Part shown: in pieces, positions 59,001-64,000 of the stretch | How the letters are laid out: the number at the start of each line of letters is the position of its first letter | Position numbering within the stretch: the first letter of the stretch is position 1 | Notes under the pieces: generated by a model | Database searches by the model: none | Told to the model about the DNA's origin: nothing | Seen by the model: the letters and a program-made list of their open reading frames with translations, nothing else | Translations under genes and position numbers: made by a program | Assembly (NCBI GenBank): GCA_017654855.1 | Contig: CM030337.1 | Location: 868,001-932,000, forward strand | Length of the DNA: 64,000 nt | From: Podospora anserina | Lineage: Eukaryota | Direction of reading: 5' to 3'

Positions 59001-62000
59001 AGAAGCACAAGATCTTCCAAGTGTAAAATATGCCGGCCTTTCCGTTCTGTCTCGCTTGCTTCCCCGGTCCCGAAAAGCCGGGGCCGTTGTCGTTCTCAAC
59101 CCACGCCGGGCCCGTCCTCGTGGGTTGATTCAAGCGAAAAGAAGCAATTGCTTATCTCTGGGCATCTCTCTCTCTCATTGAGCCCAACCCATGCACAGAC
59201 AGGTGTTCATCCCACGTGGATATGTCCGTCCTAGCCAGCGGCACTGCAGAATGGAGCCGCCGCCGCCACCAGCCCGCACCCTTCCCTTCCTTTTTTTTTT
59301 TTTCCTTCTTTCGCGGGGCGACCGTTTTACGCTTCCCCAAATGCCGGAGCCGAATGGTTGACGTTTTGTGAGATATCAGATTTTGTTTCTTTTGGTACCT
59401 ACAGATGAAGATATGCCAACGAAGAAAAGAATGAACGCCACCAACATCAACTCGATGAAAGAAAAAGAACATTGCATTTTCAATCAAGCCCTCGGAAATG
59501 ACGTTTATTCCGGAACGGAACGGCCCTTTTGGATAGAATGTGTGTATTCACTCAGTCTGGTAGTTGATTCCTTCACCGAAAACCCGGCGCAAACTCCCCT
59601 TTACGATCAACAATCCCACCCAAACACACACACATACATACCGGGCGGGAGAAAAACCCCCCATGATTTCCCCTCTATTTGTGTGTTACCATCATGATTG
59701 ATGTTACCCAAAGCCCGAAGCCTCACTCGCGGATCCTCGGATTCCGAGGTCTGGATATTCATTTCAGTATCACATCATCTCTTCTTTCTTCACTCTCATC
59801 ATCAAAAGCGGTCAGGAAAATGCAAACAGATAGATAGATGGGTGGGTGGTTGGGTGGGTGGTGCTTGTGCAGCATGACATCTGCCTCACCCACCACCAAC
59901 CCACACCACCACCACCACGGACACACTTGATGATGTTGCTGCCTCCATGCTGACATACAGCACGCCCATCCCTCTCCCAGTAGTTTTCGGACCCGTCTCG
60001 CTGGAACTAATCCCCCCATTATCCCTTACCAGCGCCTATAACAACCAATGATTTCATCTCTCAACCCTCTTTGTCGCTGCGTCAAAAAGGCGGAGTGTGA
60101 AAACCAGGTCGTCACCGACCTTCTGTCTTTCTTTCCCATTATTGTTTTAGGGCTGACGGTAGGTCCTGAACATCAACTTCACTATCAAATCATCAAGAGA
60201 GAGAAAAGCCGACTCGGGGTCCCCCTTTCGCTGTCTATTCCCCCGACAAAATGACACCGATACCTTACTCCGACATCTTTGGGGGCGAAAGCCCCCCCCC
60301 CCTTCCCCCCCCCCAATCTCGCACCTCACATTGCAGCCAACCTCGCATTTGTACCACCACCTCCCTCCTCCAGCATGGCGGAAGAAGAAGAATGCAACTT
60401 TATCAACGATATTCACAACCACCAGTGATGACGACTAAAGATTGTTCTTACACCGCCCTTGTGAACCCCGGCCGGTTTGCAGATGTACATTGACGTTGAG
60501 TGTACGGTAGGCCCCCAATGCTGCGACCTGCCTACCTGACATGCCAATCTTACTCACGTCCCCAACACCGGATCAACAGCGAAGGCATGGCGGAGCATGG
60601 TAGGGCATATTCGGTTCGGTACCGCAGCGGTCGTAGGGCTGAGAGGTTCGGTCAGAGAAGGCTCCAAGCACGGGAGAGACGTTTCCCGGTGTTGACGAAT
60701 GAAATCCCTTTTCTGCACGAGTGCCTAGGAAACCTCGGATTCTGTTTCGCTTTTTGACAGCTTGGAAAACTCAATTGAGGGGATTGGACCGCATGTTGCC
60801 TATCCAGGGGGCCAAAAGGAGCGGATGATGCCGTTCAATCTTTCGTGATATGATCGGACCTTGTGCGATACGCACTCCCCACAACAACAGCAGCAAGCAG
60901 GTCTCACCTCACCCCCTCCAAAAAAAAAAAAACCAAAAAAAAAAACCAGCCCTGTCTATATTACCTTCCCGCAATCATGAGCGCCATTGTCAGACGAGCG
61001 AGCACCCGTGGTCCTAGCTGCAGCTGCCCAGCCGGACCTACCTATCTCCAGGTTCCTTATTTCCCCCTCCGTTCTATCCTGTACTGCTGAGGGACCTACG
61101 ATAGGCAAGCCAAGGCGGGAATAAATGGCCACCATAGGGCTTGGAACGGACAGGCTAGGGTACAGTAACGGAATCGGTGACTGGCCCATAAACGCGGCCG
61201 TCCTAACCCCACCAAAAATTAGAGATGTTCTTCTGCAGTGTAATTGGCTGTGTGGGTGTGGGAGGGTAAGATTTTAGGTCCTTTGCTTCTTCCGAATCTT
61301 GCCAGCCCCGAGCTGTCATCGGAGGTTGTTGTTGTTATTGTTGTTGGTGGTGGTGGGTACTCCCGCCCCCAGTATCCGCCCTCCAACGGTTCTTGACATG
61401 ATAGATGGGTGAGTGTTGGATCCCTACCTGTATGGAGAGTTTCGGTTTCATTTGGGGGATGTAAGGGGATGAGTGAGATGTAGGCGGCCGATGGATGGTG
61501 TTGTTAGGGTGCTGTTGGGGTGGTGATTGGTATGGATGATGGTTACGGTGAGTGGTGAGCGGATATGCAAGACATATCGAGACGGGAGGGGAGGAAAGGA
61601 TCCTCCATCAAATCAATCAATCAATCAATCTACAAGTCGATGCCCTTTCTTTCCCAAGGACTTTCCCACCCAGAGAACCCCCTCCATAGCTACTTGCTCA
61701 AGGTAACAACAAGCCCGAACCCAGAATCCCACCCCATACCCCAACCATCAGACCGCCCAAGGCATAAAAAGCCTGCACTACATAGGTTCAGCTCGCTGTT
61801 GTCGCCTTGCCGGCAATTCCTCCAGTGTGGTATTCCTCCCCTACCATCACCAATAATACGAACTGACTGCCTACTTACCTACCTTAAGGAACCCTCGGCA
61901 TCGTGTTCAGTCCTCTCTGCTCAAGTCCCTTCACACGGGTACCCCGGATCAGCTCGTTGGTCCTTAGGTCCTTCACTCAACACCGTTGTGAGCGTGATAA

Positions 62001-62764
62001 TCGAGGTCGAGTGATCCCCCAGCCCCGAACCGCATTCGCGGTAGGTATTGCGCAAACAACCCGCATCCCGAGCCCAAACCTGCGCCGCAGCCCTTCCCTT
62101 TCCTTGGGATGATGTTTACTTTGCTTTTCGCTCCCCGAAACCCACCGGCTCCAACTAACCCAACTGTCATATGATCATGTTAGTGCCGATCTCAACTCGG
62201 CGTTTAAGCAAGGGCACTTTAACCCCATCACTCATCACCAACAACAAGAGGCAAATCAGTTTGGTGCACTTCAATTCTCACTGCCGTCCAATTCTCGGCT
62301 TCTCCTCTTTCTATCTCCCTCCATGCTATAGCTCTTGAAAAAAAGACAAATCTTTCCACCCAAGCATATATACACTCATACAAATGACAAAAAGGAAACA
62401 ATTGCAAGATGACCAAAAAGACGTAACAGATGTCAACAGATAATCCCCTTGTTTGCTTTCCCCAAAAAAAAAACCACCGTGAAGTAGTACAAAGCATTCC
62501 TCCTCCCAGTAATGTTCTAAACATTTCCCCTCCCAAAATCCCAACCCCATGTTCTTATGAGATACATTATTCGTACAAGTCGCGCTCCAAAAAAAACTCA
62601 ACTCGCGAGACAAAGGAAAGGAGTAAAAAAAGAACACAAAATGCCACCAACCACCACCCAGCTTCCCAAATCCCGAGGCGCCTTTGGTATCTAATATAAT
62701 TCCATCACAAATACAATCCTGAAGCATAAGATATAAAATATAAGAAAGTGTCGAGCGAGTTCAA

Positions 62765-64000
62765 TCACCTCCCCCAAGGATGAACCTGAGAGTGGTGATG
62801 CTCATCCCTCCTCATCGCCGGCTGCATCGACCCCAAAACAGAAGTGCTGCACAGCGGAGGGATAGCCATGGGCGGCAACCCCCCCGGTGGCGGGATCATG
62901 TGCCCCATGGCGGGTCCCATCCCCCGGTTGTGATGCATGCTGCTCGGATCAAAGCTCTCCGCCCGGAGGTCCAGAGTCCCAATGTCAAAACGCTTGGAGC
63001 AGCCGTCTTCCATGTGTCTGTTCGAAACTACAGTTAGCTATTGTTTTTTGAAGGGAGGTAAAAGTCAAAGGGAAACCAACCTCCTAAGGGTATCCTTCCT
63101 GGCAAACATCCTCGAGCAGTAATCGCACTTGTGGTTCCGCTCCTTCATGTGCACGCTCTGGTGGTGGCGCTGGAGATCCGTCTTGCGCACAAACTTCTTG
63201 TTGCAGTCTGTCACCTGGCAGGGGAAGGGATACTCCCTCTTCTCGTCGTGCGTCTCCATGTGCGCTTTGAAGTTGTAGCTGCGGCTGAACATCTTGCCGC
63301 ACCCCTTGACCTCGCAGACAAAGTTGGCCTCCTCCTTGGTCGTCAGCCGGCGGGGCGCCCTTCGTGGCCGCTGGACCCGGAACTGTCGCTTGGCGTCGTA
63401 CATGAAGCTCGAGGCCTGTGGCCCGCTGGCCGCCCCCGGGTAGAACTGGTCTGGCTCTACTGGGTGGTAGTCGGGCTTGTGCCAGGTGGCCGAGGATCCG
63501 CTGTCGGAAAGATAGCCGGCTGAGCTGCCCGTGTAGGGACCGTTGTCCGAAGGGAACGAGGTGTGAACGGATCGGGGTGATGGGTACTGGGACGCCTCCA
63601 TGTGGCCGTACTCGGAAGGGGTGCCCTCCATCTTGACCCGGGGTGTCATGGAGCCGGGCACGGAAGTGGCGGGAGTGTAAGGCATGGACCTGGGCTGGAT
63701 GGCAGGTGATCGGGGGGCAGAGCCAGTCGGTGGAGGAGTCGACGAGTGGATCGAGTGGGCGTGGCTAGGGTGGGAGTGGTAGACGTCGTGGCCGTATGAG
63801 TAGCTGTTGAAGCTCTCATACTCTGAGGAGAGGATGCTAGGCATGCTGGAGGCAGAAGACATGGGATGGTGGATGACGGTGTTGTCCCAAGATTGGCTCA
63901 TCGAGTCGAGTGGTGGCAGTGAGTTGTCAGTGTCCATGGGAGGGGTCACGGCGCAGGACGGCTCCCCATATAACGACGAGATCTTGTACTGTTGCTCAAG
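62765..64000 (-). CDS. nsdC: C2H2/C2HC zinc-finger transcription factor, NsdC-like (5' end outside window)
   Basis: Two C2H2 fingers plus a C2HC finger (CDYC..RRHMEDGC) completed by intron 63018-63080 (GTTGGT..GCTAAC..CAG). Frame open to the window edge; stop 62765-62767. The nsdC name rests on recalled finger architecture. Confidence 0.8.

Overview
Eukaryotic, intron-containing fungal DNA. Gene content, ~50-105 nt GT-AG introns with CTRAC branch sites and C-rich 5'/G-rich 3' gene ends suggest a Sordariales, Podospora-like genome (inference). Conserved genes in order: 3' part of a neurofibromin/Ira Ras-GAP (+), Rpn4-type C2H2 factor (+), pentafunctional AROM (-), an intron-containing cellular reverse-transcriptase-related rvt gene (+), amino-acid permease (-), MFS hexose transporter (-), divergent histone H4/H3 pair, GST-kappa/DSBA protein (-), RNA polymerase I largest subunit (-), Prp3 (+) and the 3' part of an NsdC-like zinc-finger gene (-). 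Main items not explained by the ORF track: (1) the non-mobile rvt gene head-to-head with AROM; (2) a 257-bp MITE-like element with 41-bp TIRs and internal 21-bp tandem repeats, plus a degenerate relative in the AROM/rvt promoter; (3) a hidden three-exon gene for a 152-aa secreted protein with 10 cysteines; (4) an apparent 1-nt frameshift at the neurofibromin 3' end. All calls come from manual reading; no database search was run.
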